From Candidatus Methanosuratincola verstraetei (GTDB taxonomy: Archaea; Thermoproteota; Methanomethylicia; Methanomethylicales; Methanomethylicaceae), in the NCBI GenBank assembly GCA_049570475.1, contig CP186953.1, positions 1,280,001 to 1,344,000 of the forward strand: a DNA stretch of 64,000 nucleotides. Reading direction: 5' to 3'. The first letter of the stretch is position 1, and each line of letters opens with the position of its first letter. This document shows, in pieces, positions 46,748-56,769 of the stretch. Made by a program: the position numbers and the translations under genes. The notes below the pieces were generated by a model, which did not search any database, was not told the origin of the DNA, and saw only the letters and a program-made list of their open reading frames with translations.

Positions 46748-47998
46748 TTATTGGGTCTGGGGCGGCGCCTCCGGCCTGATCATTTCTGAAACCGCCTTGA
46801 GGTCAGGCGGAATCTCGATCGGCTTGCCGCACACGCTGATCACCTCTTCAGGATCCTTGAGCAAGTGCCCTGTGCAGACACACACAATCTCGGCGTCCCT
46901 GTTCATCGATCCGGACATAACCGCCTTCTTCACCCCTGCAACGGAGGCGGCACTTGCAGGCTCGACGCCGATTCCCTCGAGGCAAGCTATCATCTTCTGG
47001 GTTTCAATTATCTCCTCATCCGTTACCGAGTCGTAGAGCCCAGACGATCTCCTGATTGCGTCCACAGCCTTCGGCCAGTTCACTGGGTTCCCTATCCTGA
47101 TTGCAGTGGCTACTGTTTCTGGTGCCTTGACTGGGCTGAGCCTCTCGAGGTTCTTCCTGAGCATTTCCACAACCGGGGCAGCGCCTGCAGCCTGGACACC
47201 GAACATCCTCGGCTTATCCTTGGTCAGCCCTGCGCCTTCTAGCTCAACGAACCCTTTCCATATCGCTGAGATGTTGCCGCAGTTGCCCATAGGGACCGCG
47301 ACCACCTCGGGGACATGTCCAAGCTGATCAACGAGCTCGAATGCGAGGGTCTTCTGCCCCTCTAGCCTCCATGGGTTTATGCTGTTGAGGAGGTATATCC
47401 CCATGCTCTTCGAGACGTCCATGACCAGCTTGAGTGCCTGATCGAAGTTCCCCTTGACTGAGATAACCTTCGCCCCATGCATCAGCGCCTGCGCAAGCTT
47501 GCCCATCGCAACCTTTCCCGAGGGCAGTATCACGTAGCAGGTGAGCCCAGATCTAGCGGCATAGGCTGCCAATGAAGCTGAAGTGTTGCCAGTCGAAGCG
47601 CAGGCGACTGCCTTCGATCCTAGGCTCTTCGCCTTAGTGACCCCAACAGTCATCCCCCTGTCCTTGAAGCTCCCGGTAGGGTTCCTCCCCTCATACTTTA
47701 TGAAAAGCCTCCTTACGCCCGCCCACTTCGCAAGCCTGTCGCACCTGTAAAGTGGGGTGCCCCCCTCATCCAGCGTGACTATCTCTGCACCTTCCTCTAT
47801 GGGGATGAACTCCTTGTATCTCCATACCCCGAATGCCCTCTTTGAGAAGTCGTCAAATGTGGCCTTTGGGGGTTCCATGCACACCTCGAGCAGCCCCCCA
47901 CATTCCGTGCAACTGTATATTACCTCGTCAGGATTGAATTCCGCGTTGCAGCCTATGCACCTGAGCCTGACATCAGACAAACTTTGCACCCTCTTCAC
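46748..47998 (-). CDS. thrC: Threonine synthase
   Basis: NPTGSFKDRG, ASTGNTSAS, NSINPWRLEGQKT, EPASAAS. Confidence 0.95.
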   Translation of the reverse strand: MKRVQSLSDVRLRCIGCNAEFNPDEVIYSCTECGGLLEVCMEPPKATFDDFSKRAFGVWRYKEFIPIEEGAEIVTLDEGGTPLYRCDRLAKWAGVRRLFIKYEGRNPTGSFKDRGMTVGVTKAKSLGSKAVACASTGNTSASLAAYAARSGLTCYVILPSGKVAMGKLAQALMHGAKVISVKGNFDQALKLVMDVSKSMGIYLLNSINPWRLEGQKTLAFELVDQLGHVPEVVAVPMGNCGNISAIWKGFVELEGAGLTKDKPRMFGVQAAGAAPVVEMLRKNLERLSPVKAPETVATAIRIGNPVNWPKAVDAIRRSSGLYDSVTDEEIIETQKMIACLEGIGVEPASAASVAGVKKAVMSGSMNRDAEIVCVCTGHLLKDPEEVISVCGKPIEIPPDLKAVSEMIRPEAPPQTQ

Positions 47999-48911
47999 TA
48001 ATCCTATGGATCGAGAATTTGGACCTAACGCCTGCCTCGCTGAATTGGTCTACCATCCTCTCGCCGATCTGAGCCCCCATGCCCTGTGGGGCAATTGCGA
48101 AGACCGAAGGGCCTGCGCCGCTTATGCTGCAGCCGTATGCCCCAGCCCCCAATGCCGCCTTCTTAACTTCCAAAAAGCCGGGGATGAGCTTGGCCCTTGC
48201 GGGCTCGACTATCCGGTCGCCTGAAATTCCCTCCCCAGCCATTTTCGGGTCGTTGTTCATGATCCCCATCAAAAGGAGGGCAAAGGAACTCATCTGCGAG
48301 ACAACCGTCCCCAGCATCACTGATGCCGGAAGGACTTCCCTCGCGAGCCTCGTTTTTTCCTGGGCGATCTCCACCTCCGGTGCCACCTCCACAACCTCAA
48401 CGCCCGTTAGCGGGCGGAGCTTCATAACCTTGACCGGATTGTAGCGGAGGATCGCAATTATCCCTCCGAGAAGTGACGGCGCTACATTGTCCGCATGCGC
48501 TGAACCGCATGCCGCCCTCTCCCCCTCCATCGCGCATTCGAGAACTTCAATCTCGCTCAGCGGGCTTCCAATAAGGAAATTTGCAGCGAAAGCGCCAGCT
48601 GCAGACGAAGCTCCCGAACTGCCCATACCCATCCTGGGAGGAACCCCTTTTTTAAGGATCATCTTGAGTCCATAACCAGCCACACCCGCCCTTCTCAGGA
48701 CTGCTCTTGCCGCCACAATGGAAGAGTTCTGGTCTGGCTCTGCTGATATCGTGTCCCCGCCTATCCCCTCGACTTCTATCTCGTCACTGGCAGACTTTAC
48801 TAGGCTGGCCCGAAGCGAATCCCTCGGGCTATCCAATGCCATCCCCATTAGATCGTAACCAGGCCCAAGATTTGCTATCGTGGCAGGGGCAGATACCTCG
48901 ACGGTTTTCAC
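47973..48911 (-). CDS. thrB: Homoserine kinase
   Basis: PATIANLGPGYD, GMGSSGAS, HADNVAP, ISGAGPS. Confidence 0.95.
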   Translation of the reverse strand: MKTVEVSAPATIANLGPGYDLMGMALDSPRDSLRASLVKSASDEIEVEGIGGDTISAEPDQNSSIVAARAVLRRAGVAGYGLKMILKKGVPPRMGMGSSGASSAAGAFAANFLIGSPLSEIEVLECAMEGERAACGSAHADNVAPSLLGGIIAILRYNPVKVMKLRPLTGVEVVEVAPEVEIAQEKTRLAREVLPASVMLGTVVSQMSSFALLLMGIMNNDPKMAGEGISGDRIVEPARAKLIPGFLEVKKAALGAGAYGCSISGAGPSVFAIAPQGMGAQIGERMVDQFSEAGVRSKFSIHRISEEGAKFV

Positions 48912-49094
48912 AAGCCAAAACCTCCTCTCCAGATTAGTTTTTCCTGGTAATTAAGGGTTAGCCATTCTTGTGCTATGGGAATTGATTGTTTTTTGACAAC
49001 ATTAGGATCGCAGCGTAAGGATTCCTTAAATTATTTTTATTATTCACGAAACTCATATTAGGACCTACTATCGATAATTGATCGGTGAAATTCT

Positions 49095-49424
49095 TTGCCA
49101 GAAGTAAGGGTCGCTAAAGTCTCTGAAATCCCTCCAGGAACTAAGAAGAGCATCAAAGCCTCCAAAACCAGGGTACTGATATCGAATGTTGATGGCAAGT
49201 TCTACGCAACGCAATCTGTCTGCAGCCACCTGAATAACCCTCTCTTCACAGGGCGCCTCCAGGGCAGCACGATCTGGTGCGACATGCATTGGGCCGCCTT
49301 CAACGTGACTACCGGAGAGGTCGTGAAGCTCCCTGACGGTTATTCCTTGGATAAGATTCCGCCACTCAAGACCTACCCTGTCCGTGTCGAGGGCGAGGAC
49401 ATAATTGTGGAAGTGCCTGAGTGA
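49095..49424 (+). CDS. Rieske [2Fe-2S] ferredoxin
   Basis: CSH...CDMH, FNVTTGE, LKTYPVRVEG. Confidence 0.88.
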   Translation: MPEVRVAKVSEIPPGTKKSIKASKTRVLISNVDGKFYATQSVCSHLNNPLFTGRLQGSTIWCDMHWAAFNVTTGEVVKLPDGYSLDKIPPLKTYPVRVEGEDIIVEVPE

Positions 49425-49565
49425 GTCTTTCTTTTCCATTTTTTAACCTATTGAAGGAAGCCTGCGCCCTCCAGTCCACGGGCGTTTGTATTTAAAAGCA
49501 TTCTTGCCGATTTAGCTGAGCCAATACATAGATTTAAATCCTAGGCTTCTTGGTTTTTATCGAAG

Positions 49566-50669
49566 GTGCCTGGGTTGGAGACAAATTTCAAGTTCTTTAG
49601 CAAGAAAAAAGAAGAAATCCGCCTGACCCCTGAGGTCATAGCCGAAAGGAAAGCCCTGCTCAGCCAGCCCGTGGAGCCAGTCGACCTTGAGAAGGCGGTT
49701 ACAATAAAGGATCTCGTCGAGTCATGGAAGGATTGCGGGATCCAGTCTAGGAGTCTTGCCGAATGTGCTATGGTCTACGAGAACATGCTGACGGATCCGG
49801 ATCGCCCGACTGTGATGATCGGGCTATCTGGGGCGCTCATAGCCGGAGGTCTACGTAAAGTCCTCAGCACGATGATTAAGAAGGGCATAGTCGATGTGAT
49901 TGTCTCCACTGGCGCCATCCTTTACCAGGACTACTATACTGCAATGGGATACAGGCATTACAAGGGTACCCCAAACGCTGACGATTCTGCCCTGCATGAT
50001 CTTTACATCGACAGGATATACGACGCCTATGTCGATGAGATTGGCTTCGTCAAATGCGACGATGCCATATCCGAGTTCTGCACCACCCTCGAGCCAAGGC
50101 GCTACTCGACTAGGGAGTTTCTCCAAGCCTTGGGATCCACGACAAAGGATGACGACTCTATACTTTACAATGCCTACAAGTACGGAGTCCCGGTCTTCTG
50201 CCCCGCGATTGCTGACAGCTCGATAGGAATAGGCTTGGCGGGCTACTACAGGTGGGCGAAGAAAAACGGTGCCGAGACATTCGTTTTAGATGTAATGCAG
50301 GATAACTTTGAGATCGCCCAGATCGTGCTAAAGTCAAAGAAGACCGGATCCATTTACGTGGGGGGCGGCGTCCCGAAGAACTACATCAACGATGCCGCAG
50401 TGATGCTGGACTACACGCGCGGGCACTCTTACGCCTTCCAGATTACCGCCGATGCCCCCCACTGGGGAGGGCTCACTGGCAGTACCCTCGACGAGGCGAA
50501 GTCCTGGGGCAAAGTTTCAGCCAAGGCAACGCGCGCAACAGTCTATACTGAGTCCACAATTGGCCTCCCCCTCATAGTCGGTTACATCCTGCAGAAGGGC
50601 GTCCACGCTGGGAGGAAGCGGCTGAGATTCAATTGGAAAGAGAATGGACTGGACATAGACCAATATTAG
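49566..50669 (+). CDS. Deoxyhypusine synthase family protein
   Basis: VSTGA, IDRIYD, CPAIADSSIG, GGGVPKN, GSTLDEAKSWGK. Confidence 0.88.
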   Translation: MPGLETNFKFFSKKKEEIRLTPEVIAERKALLSQPVEPVDLEKAVTIKDLVESWKDCGIQSRSLAECAMVYENMLTDPDRPTVMIGLSGALIAGGLRKVLSTMIKKGIVDVIVSTGAILYQDYYTAMGYRHYKGTPNADDSALHDLYIDRIYDAYVDEIGFVKCDDAISEFCTTLEPRRYSTREFLQALGSTTKDDDSILYNAYKYGVPVFCPAIADSSIGIGLAGYYRWAKKNGAETFVLDVMQDNFEIAQIVLKSKKTGSIYVGGGVPKNYINDAAVMLDYTRGHSYAFQITADAPHWGGLTGSTLDEAKSWGKVSAKATRATVYTESTIGLPLIVGYILQKGVHAGRKRLRFNWKENGLDIDQY

Positions 50670-50731
50670 ATCGAATTGCATTCACAGTGGGCGCAACTCA
50701 GCCCCTTCCAGAACCCCCATTTTCGGAAGCT

Positions 50732-51544
50732 TCAGCTTCCGAGGTACTCCATGCTCCCAGGTCTGTACCCTTCCAGGTCAATGCTCACGCTCCTGAAACC
50801 TATGTTCTTGAACTCTTTCACAATCTCCTCCCTCAGACCCCTGTCGATTGCCTTGCCTATCTCCGCAGGATCGACTTCGATCTTGGCCGAAAGATCGGTT
50901 ACCCTGACCCTCACCGTCCTGAAGCCCCTGCTCCTGAGGAACTGCTCGCCCCTCTCGACCATCTTCCCTTCTTCCCTTGTAAAGCGGTGCCCGAAGGGAA
51001 ACCTCGTCGCAAGGCATGAATTGGAAGATTCTTCCACGCTCAGTCCGATCAATGCGGCGATTTCGTAAGACTCCTTTTTGCTGATCCCGACCTCTGCGAG
51101 CGGGCTCCTTATGCCCAATTCTCTGAGTGCCTTGATCCCCGGACGTGCCGATCTGACGTCGTCAGTGTTCGTGCCGTCGATGACCAGCCCCACCTCCCGC
51201 CTCTCCGCTGCATCCCTTATCTCCTTCATCATGGCGTACTTGCAGAGGTAGCACCTGTCCTGCGGGTTCCCCAGCACTTCCTCAGGAAGACTCAGCTCTA
51301 TTATCTCATGCCTTATGCCTGCCTCCCTTGCGCTCCTCTTAGCCCTCTCGATATCCGAATCGCCTATGAACTCGGTAATCAACGTGATCGCGATTGCCCT
51401 GTTGCCAAGAATCCTTGCCGCTACAGCAGCGACCAAGGTGCTGTCCACACCCCCTGAGAATGCCACCGCTGCACCATCCTTATCGGAGAACCAACGCTCG
51501 AGCCCCCTCAGCTTGCCGCCCAGAGAATCGTATCTGCAGCTCAA
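50732..51544 (-). CDS. larE: LarE-like PP-loop sulfur transferase
   Basis: AFSGGVDS, RCYLCK, DGTNTDD..RPG, SCLATRFP, VRVR, DLEGYRPGSM. Confidence 0.85.
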   Translation of the reverse strand: MSCRYDSLGGKLRGLERWFSDKDGAAVAFSGGVDSTLVAAVAARILGNRAIAITLITEFIGDSDIERAKRSAREAGIRHEIIELSLPEEVLGNPQDRCYLCKYAMMKEIRDAAERREVGLVIDGTNTDDVRSARPGIKALRELGIRSPLAEVGISKKESYEIAALIGLSVEESSNSCLATRFPFGHRFTREEGKMVERGEQFLRSRGFRTVRVRVTDLSAKIEVDPAEIGKAIDRGLREEIVKEFKNIGFRSVSIDLEGYRPGSMEYLGS

Positions 51545-52383
51545 TGCGGTATCACCTGCATATCAAGCACAACTTGGTAGCTTCTCCTCCCTATGCTCCT
51601 GACAACCTTGCCTTCGCATCGTGTCGTTTCGCAGAACATCTCCGCGGACTTGAGGATTTTGGTCTTTGCCCTCTCCATAGCCTCGGCCTTGCTTCCGCCC
51701 ATCTCGTGAGTGTAGACATGGATCCAACCCTTGCCGCTGAGCATTCTCACTGCTTCCCCAAGATAGGCCTCGGCAAGCTCCGGCAAGGGCATCAGCACCC
51801 TGTCTGCGCTGCGGTCCAGCTCAGAAGCCGCCTCCTTGGCGTCTGCCAGTATGGGTATGACCCTCCCGTTGAGCCTGTTCATTGCCACATTCTCAATCAT
51901 GAGTTCGAAAGCTTTCGGATTGTTGTCAATCGAGAAGACCCTCGCCCCTTTGGACTTCGCGATGATTATCGAGAAGGTGCCTACCCCAGCGAACATGTTC
52001 ACGACTGTCTCTCCATTAACCACGAGATCTGCAACCCTCCTCCTCTCGTTAGAGAGCCTCGGCGAGAAGTAGACCTTCCCAATATCCACCAAAAATTTGC
52101 AACCATGCTCTGAATAGATCGTCTCAGTAGACCTCTTCCCTGCCAGCCACTCCAACCCTCTGACTCTGTCCCCTTGCCTAGATGGCGCGGTCTGCATATA
52201 GACCGAGTCCACGCCGATCTTGGCGAGGATCCTCTCCCCGATCTCGTGCCTGATCCCTTCCCACTCCCTCGGTATCTTGATCACTGCAATCCTGCCTATG
52301 ATGTCTACTCCCTTTAGGGCCTTGTGCAGTTCCTCGCTTCCAACGAGCCCCTCTACCGCCTCAAGGACAGCGCTCCTCCTCAA
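51541..52383 (-). CDS. Trm5/Taw2-family tRNA G37 modification enzyme
   Basis: YFSPRLSNER, NMFAGVGTF, ADRVLMPLP. Confidence 0.85.
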   Translation of the reverse strand: MRRSAVLEAVEGLVGSEELHKALKGVDIIGRIAVIKIPREWEGIRHEIGERILAKIGVDSVYMQTAPSRQGDRVRGLEWLAGKRSTETIYSEHGCKFLVDIGKVYFSPRLSNERRRVADLVVNGETVVNMFAGVGTFSIIIAKSKGARVFSIDNNPKAFELMIENVAMNRLNGRVIPILADAKEAASELDRSADRVLMPLPELAEAYLGEAVRMLSGKGWIHVYTHEMGGSKAEAMERAKTKILKSAEMFCETTRCEGKVVRSIGRRSYQVVLDMQVIPH

Positions 52384-52396
52384 GGCATATCCCGCC

Positions 52397-53923
52397 TCAG
52401 TACCTTGGCTTCAGAACGATCTTGGTGCCCAGCTTCTCCTCGATCTTCTGGAGTTTCTTCCTGGTCCTTCTGGCTACCATCGAAATCCTCTCAGGAGGGA
52501 CGATGACCCTCACCTCGCCTTCCCCTGTCTCTATCTCCACTTCTTCCATGTCGATGTACTTGCCCAAAATCCGGCTGATTATCGGCTTGATTGACTGCGC
52601 GCCCCTCGCCTCGCGTCGTTTTACCGGAACGACAAAGGTCCTCTCCCCGAATACATACAGTTCGTATTCGACCTCCCCGTCGAGGAAGTTCCTGACGAGG
52701 ACGACAGGGCGGGTCAGGTCCGACTCGGTCAGTCCGTGCGGTATCTTCACGCTGGTCTCAAGGTCGTACACCTTCTCGACATTGCCGTTGTTGATGAATA
52801 TGACTGTGTCGATCACAGACGGTATCACGCCGAGCTCGACCCTCCCGATGAATCTCTGGATCGAGTCGATCGGGGACGTGGCATGGATTACGCCGACCAT
52901 CCCCACGCCTGCGAGCCTGAGGTCGGTAAAGATCTTAAAGTCCTCAGTGTCCCTCATCTCATCGAAGAAAGTATAGTCCGGTCTGCTCAAGAGGAGGACA
53001 TCATGAAGCTCCTCTGAAGAAGAGTGGGTCTTCGAGTACTCTGTAGCCAGCTTCGGCAGGCTCAGATCCCGGGGGGACTCGATTGTCTTAATGATCTTGT
53101 TCTCCCTTAGGTAGAATTTTGCTAGCGCTTGGGCGAAGGTCGTCTTCCCCATGCCCGGAGCACCCGAGATCAGTATCCCCTCTGCCCTTTCCTTGAACCT
53201 GTTCAGGAGCTTCTCAGGGAGGTCGTAGTCCTCGATCTCGAGCTCGGCAACCTTCTTGGTTATCGTGACCTCGAGCCTGTCGGAGAACGGCGGGAAAGTG
53301 ACTATCACCCTGCTGTCCTTCACCATCAGTATGTGCGATCCTTCCCTCTTGACCTCTAGGAACCCCTCTCCAGCCTCGGCCCTTTCATGGATGTCTTGGA
53401 TTATCTTCTCAAGTTCGGTCTTGCTCATTGGCGCCTTCCCAATATCGACGAGCTTCCAGCTGCCAGGCTTACCCACCTTTGCCCTGGGTTGGATCCCTTC
53501 CTTGAGGTGCACCGACATCGTATCCTTGTCAAAGAATTTGAGGAAAAGCGGCTCGCCAGTGATGCGGGTCCTCCCCTTGATTACGCTTAGCCCCGCCGAC
53601 TCTGCCGTCTTGGCTAGGTTCTCATTTGAAGTGACTATTGTGTAGCCCTTCTCCATCGCGAGCCTCAAGACAGACTCGTCCGGGTCTTCGCCAAGCCTTT
53701 CCCACTTCTCGACCTGGACCTTGACCCCTACGCCATCAGCGCAGTTCTTGAGCTTCTCAAGTTCCTCGAGTGGAATCAGGTCGCCCTTCTCCGAGCTCTT
53801 CCTTATGGCGTTGAGGACCGCCCCTGGTATTGTTATCCCCTTCCCGATCTTGCCGGCGCTCACGAGATCTGCGATGAAGCCCGAGCTTATTGATGATACA
53901 TCTGGAATAACTTCATCAGACAT
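52397..53923 (-). CDS. PIN-domain ATPase with KH domain (PINA family)
   Basis: TMSVHLKEG, GAPGMGKTT, ESPRDL, RPDYTFFDEMR, RFIGRVELG. Confidence 0.9.
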   Translation of the reverse strand: MSDEVIPDVSSISSGFIADLVSAGKIGKGITIPGAVLNAIRKSSEKGDLIPLEELEKLKNCADGVGVKVQVEKWERLGEDPDESVLRLAMEKGYTIVTSNENLAKTAESAGLSVIKGRTRITGEPLFLKFFDKDTMSVHLKEGIQPRAKVGKPGSWKLVDIGKAPMSKTELEKIIQDIHERAEAGEGFLEVKREGSHILMVKDSRVIVTFPPFSDRLEVTITKKVAELEIEDYDLPEKLLNRFKERAEGILISGAPGMGKTTFAQALAKFYLRENKIIKTIESPRDLSLPKLATEYSKTHSSSEELHDVLLLSRPDYTFFDEMRDTEDFKIFTDLRLAGVGMVGVIHATSPIDSIQRFIGRVELGVIPSVIDTVIFINNGNVEKVYDLETSVKIPHGLTESDLTRPVVLVRNFLDGEVEYELYVFGERTFVVPVKRREARGAQSIKPIISRILGKYIDMEEVEIETGEGEVRVIVPPERISMVARRTRKKLQKIEEKLGTKIVLKPRY

Positions 53924-54088
53924 TTAATGAACCTTTATGAGTCTTTATGAGGACGAAATATATAATTTTCCATTAAAAAAGCAAACCCTTCAATCAAGCC
54001 CACCCGGAAAATTTGCAGTCTCGTACAAGGGACTTTCGATCACGGAAGCAAGAATTATCCTAATAAGCAGACTCTGCCAAAAAGACCA

Positions 54089-55141
54089 GTGGTCAAATTG
54101 GTAGGCTCTGCTGCCTTCGTGTACGATGATTCTGTGCTGAAGTATGATTTCGGGAGCGGACATCCCTTCAAGATCACGAGGGTCAGGATGGCAATGGATC
54201 GCCTTGCGGGTTCCTTCCAGGAGCTTCAAATTGAACCTGCAAGGAGCGCCACGCGTGCAGAAGCCGAGCTTTTCCACGATCCTGGGTACCTCGATCTTGT
54301 CAAGCGCTTTTCGACCGCAGGCGCAGGGTTGCTAGACGGGGGAGACACGCCCGCGTTCAAAGGATGCTACGAGGCTTCCTTGAATGTGGTTGGTGCCACC
54401 TTGCGTGCGGTCGAACTCGTCCTAAGTGGGAAATATGCCCACGCGGCGAGCTTCGCAGGCGGTCTCCATCATGCCGGCAGGCGTAATGCCTCTGGATTCT
54501 GCATAATGAATGACTGCGCTGTCGCATTGGCATTGCTGAGGAGGCGCTTCAATAAGGTAGCCTACTTAGACCTTGATGCGCACCATGGGGACGGGGTGAT
54601 GTACGGATTCTACTCCGACCCGGGCGTGATCTGTGTCGATGTGCACCAGGATGGGAGGACCCTCTTCCCTGGGACGGGCAGCTACCTCGAGGCGGGATCT
54701 GGCGAAGCCAAGGGGACCAAGCTCAACCTTCCCCTCCCTCCAGGATCCGCCGACGACGTGCTCGTCTCCATGTTCGGCGATCTCGTGGTGCCCTTCCTCG
54801 AGCAGGCGAGGCCTGACTTCTTTATTGTGCAGTGCGGCGCTGACGGCCTGAAGGGGGACCCCCTCGCCGGTCTTTCATTCACCCAGTGCGGGTATCTTAG
54901 GGTTATCGAGATGCTGCACGAGATCGCGCACAGGGCATGCTTGGGGCGGCTCGTCCTGGTAGGCGGGGGAGGCTACAACCCTGGGGCTGTGGCGGAGTGC
55001 TGGGCAGGCGAGTACATGGCTCTCTCCGGAAAACCCCCAATCTGCGGGACCAAACCCTCGACGTCGCTCCCCTCAGTGTTGCGCAAGGCAGAGTCTGTCA
55101 TGTCGGCGATCAGGGAAAGCCACCCTTCATTCTCAGGCTAA
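54089..55141 (+). CDS. Histone deacetylase family protein (AcuC-like)
   Basis: GGLHHA, SGFCIMND, DLDAHHGDG, GADG..GDPL, GGGGY. Confidence 0.92.
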   Translation: MVKLVGSAAFVYDDSVLKYDFGSGHPFKITRVRMAMDRLAGSFQELQIEPARSATRAEAELFHDPGYLDLVKRFSTAGAGLLDGGDTPAFKGCYEASLNVVGATLRAVELVLSGKYAHAASFAGGLHHAGRRNASGFCIMNDCAVALALLRRRFNKVAYLDLDAHHGDGVMYGFYSDPGVICVDVHQDGRTLFPGTGSYLEAGSGEAKGTKLNLPLPPGSADDVLVSMFGDLVVPFLEQARPDFFIVQCGADGLKGDPLAGLSFTQCGYLRVIEMLHEIAHRACLGRLVLVGGGGYNPGAVAECWAGEYMALSGKPPICGTKPSTSLPSVLRKAESVMSAIRESHPSFSG

Positions 55142-56769
55142 TGCAGATCCTTCGCCATGAACGGGGAAGACCTGATCTTTGAATAGCCCCTCTTCCGGTA
55201 ATACTCCCTCACGCCTGCACCGGGTAGGACGACGATCTTCTTGCGGTCATACTTCTCCGATGCGATCTCCTCTGCCCTCTTAAGAAGCTCTGTCCCCAAC
55301 CCGTGGTGCTGGAAGCCTCCCTCATCCCTCTTTCCGACTGGTATCTGCTTCCCATAGACATGGAGCTCCCTGATGATGGCTGCGCCCTTCACCTCCTCCC
55401 TGTGCGCCCGTTCGGAGGGCACCCTGAGCCTCAGGAAGCCTATCAGGAGATCGCTCTTCCCGTCTACTACTGATATGAACTCCTCTTGCCCCCCTCCTGC
55501 TTCGTATGCCGTGGATCTGATCTTCGGGTCAGGGTTGGGCAACTTGAGCCCCCTTGCCTCCGCCAGACCTATTTCCCGACACCTGATGCACCTGCACCTG
55601 CTGCCCTCCCGGGAGAGCCTCTCCTCCACGAGCTCCCGCAGGTTGCTCGCCTTGACCCCGTCGACAATTATCTCTGCTGGGACATCCCTCTGGATCCTCG
55701 CAACCCTGACCCATTCGGGGAAGTGCTCGGAAGCCCTCTTTATCAATTCGGCAGCCTCTTCAATCCCCATAGCCCTGTATTTCCCATCCTTCCAGAGCTC
55801 GAAGAGCCCAGTCCCTCCGATTACGAGCGTGGGGTAGATCTTTAGGTAGTCTGGCCTGAAATCCGGATCCTCGAAGATCCTTGCCAGGTCCTCAAGATCG
55901 TCATCTGCGCACCTCCCTGGCAGTCCCGGCATCATGTGGTAACCGACCTTCAGCCCCGAATCCCTCAGGGTCCTAGTCGCCGAGATCACATCCTCAACGG
56001 TTTGCCCCCTGTTAACAAGCAAAAGGACCCTGTCGTCCAGTGCCTGGACTCCCATCTCCACTAGGGTCGCGCCAAGCCTTATCATCCTATCTGTCTGCCT
56101 CTCGCCAGCCCAGTCCGGCCTCGTCTCGAGGGTGATGCCTGTGCACCTGACCCTGGCGAGCTCGTTCTCCTCCATTGCCCTGTCCAGGTACTGCCACCTC
56201 CAGCCCTTCACCTCGGGGAAATCATTCAACGCCTGGAAGCACCTGGTCATGAACCACTCTTGGTACTCGAGATCAGCCGCGGGAAAAGTCCCTCCCATTA
56301 TGATCAGGTGGATCTTCGAGGGCGTATGCCCGATCGCCACGTACTGGTCTATCCTATACTTGACCTGGAGGTATGGATCAAAGCCCGTCTGGAGGCCACG
56401 CATGAGTGCTGGCTCCTTGCCGAGATAGCTCTGCGGGGTTCCTGATTCGACCCCGCCAGGACAGTAGAGGCACGGCCTCTCCTTAGGGCACTTCAAGGGC
56501 TTGGTCATCACGGCGACTGTGTAAATCCCTGAGGCCCCCCTTACCCTCTTGCCCCTGAGGAATTCGCGCAGCCAGCCCTCGTCACCCCTCAGGTGCCTCG
56601 CAACCTCATGATCCTTCAGAACCTTTGTGAGCCCTTCCTCTTTGCAGACCTTGTACTTCAAACGGGCTAGCATCTCCTTGCCTGCTTCTCTCTCCTTGAG
56701 CTGCTCTATGATTCTCCTTGCGGCCCTCTCCTCCCGTGCTCTTTCCTCTTCGGATTCCATCCACGTCAA
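55138..56769 (-). CDS. elp3: Elp3 tRNA U34 carboxymethyltransferase (radical SAM + KAT)
   Basis: CPKERPCLYCPGG, QSYLG, MGGTF, ETRPD, KIYPT, IRELHVYG, QHHGLG. Confidence 0.95.
   Translation of the reverse strand: MTWMESEEERAREERAARRIIEQLKEREAGKEMLARLKYKVCKEEGLTKVLKDHEVARHLRGDEGWLREFLRGKRVRGASGIYTVAVMTKPLKCPKERPCLYCPGGVESGTPQSYLGKEPALMRGLQTGFDPYLQVKYRIDQYVAIGHTPSKIHLIIMGGTFPAADLEYQEWFMTRCFQALNDFPEVKGWRWQYLDRAMEENELARVRCTGITLETRPDWAGERQTDRMIRLGATLVEMGVQALDDRVLLLVNRGQTVEDVISATRTLRDSGLKVGYHMMPGLPGRCADDDLEDLARIFEDPDFRPDYLKIYPTLVIGGTGLFELWKDGKYRAMGIEEAAELIKRASEHFPEWVRVARIQRDVPAEIIVDGVKASNLRELVEERLSREGSRCRCIRCREIGLAEARGLKLPNPDPKIRSTAYEAGGGQEEFISVVDGKSDLLIGFLRLRVPSERAHREEVKGAAIIRELHVYGKQIPVGKRDEGGFQHHGLGTELLKRAEEIASEKYDRKKIVVLPGAGVREYYRKRGYSKIRSSPFMAKDLH

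Noticed and set aside
49095-50669. Rieske protein as the missing archaeal deoxyhypusine hydroxylase partner
   Set aside because: Separated by a T-rich terminator and separate TATA-like boxes; no catalytic domain; host is presumably anaerobic.
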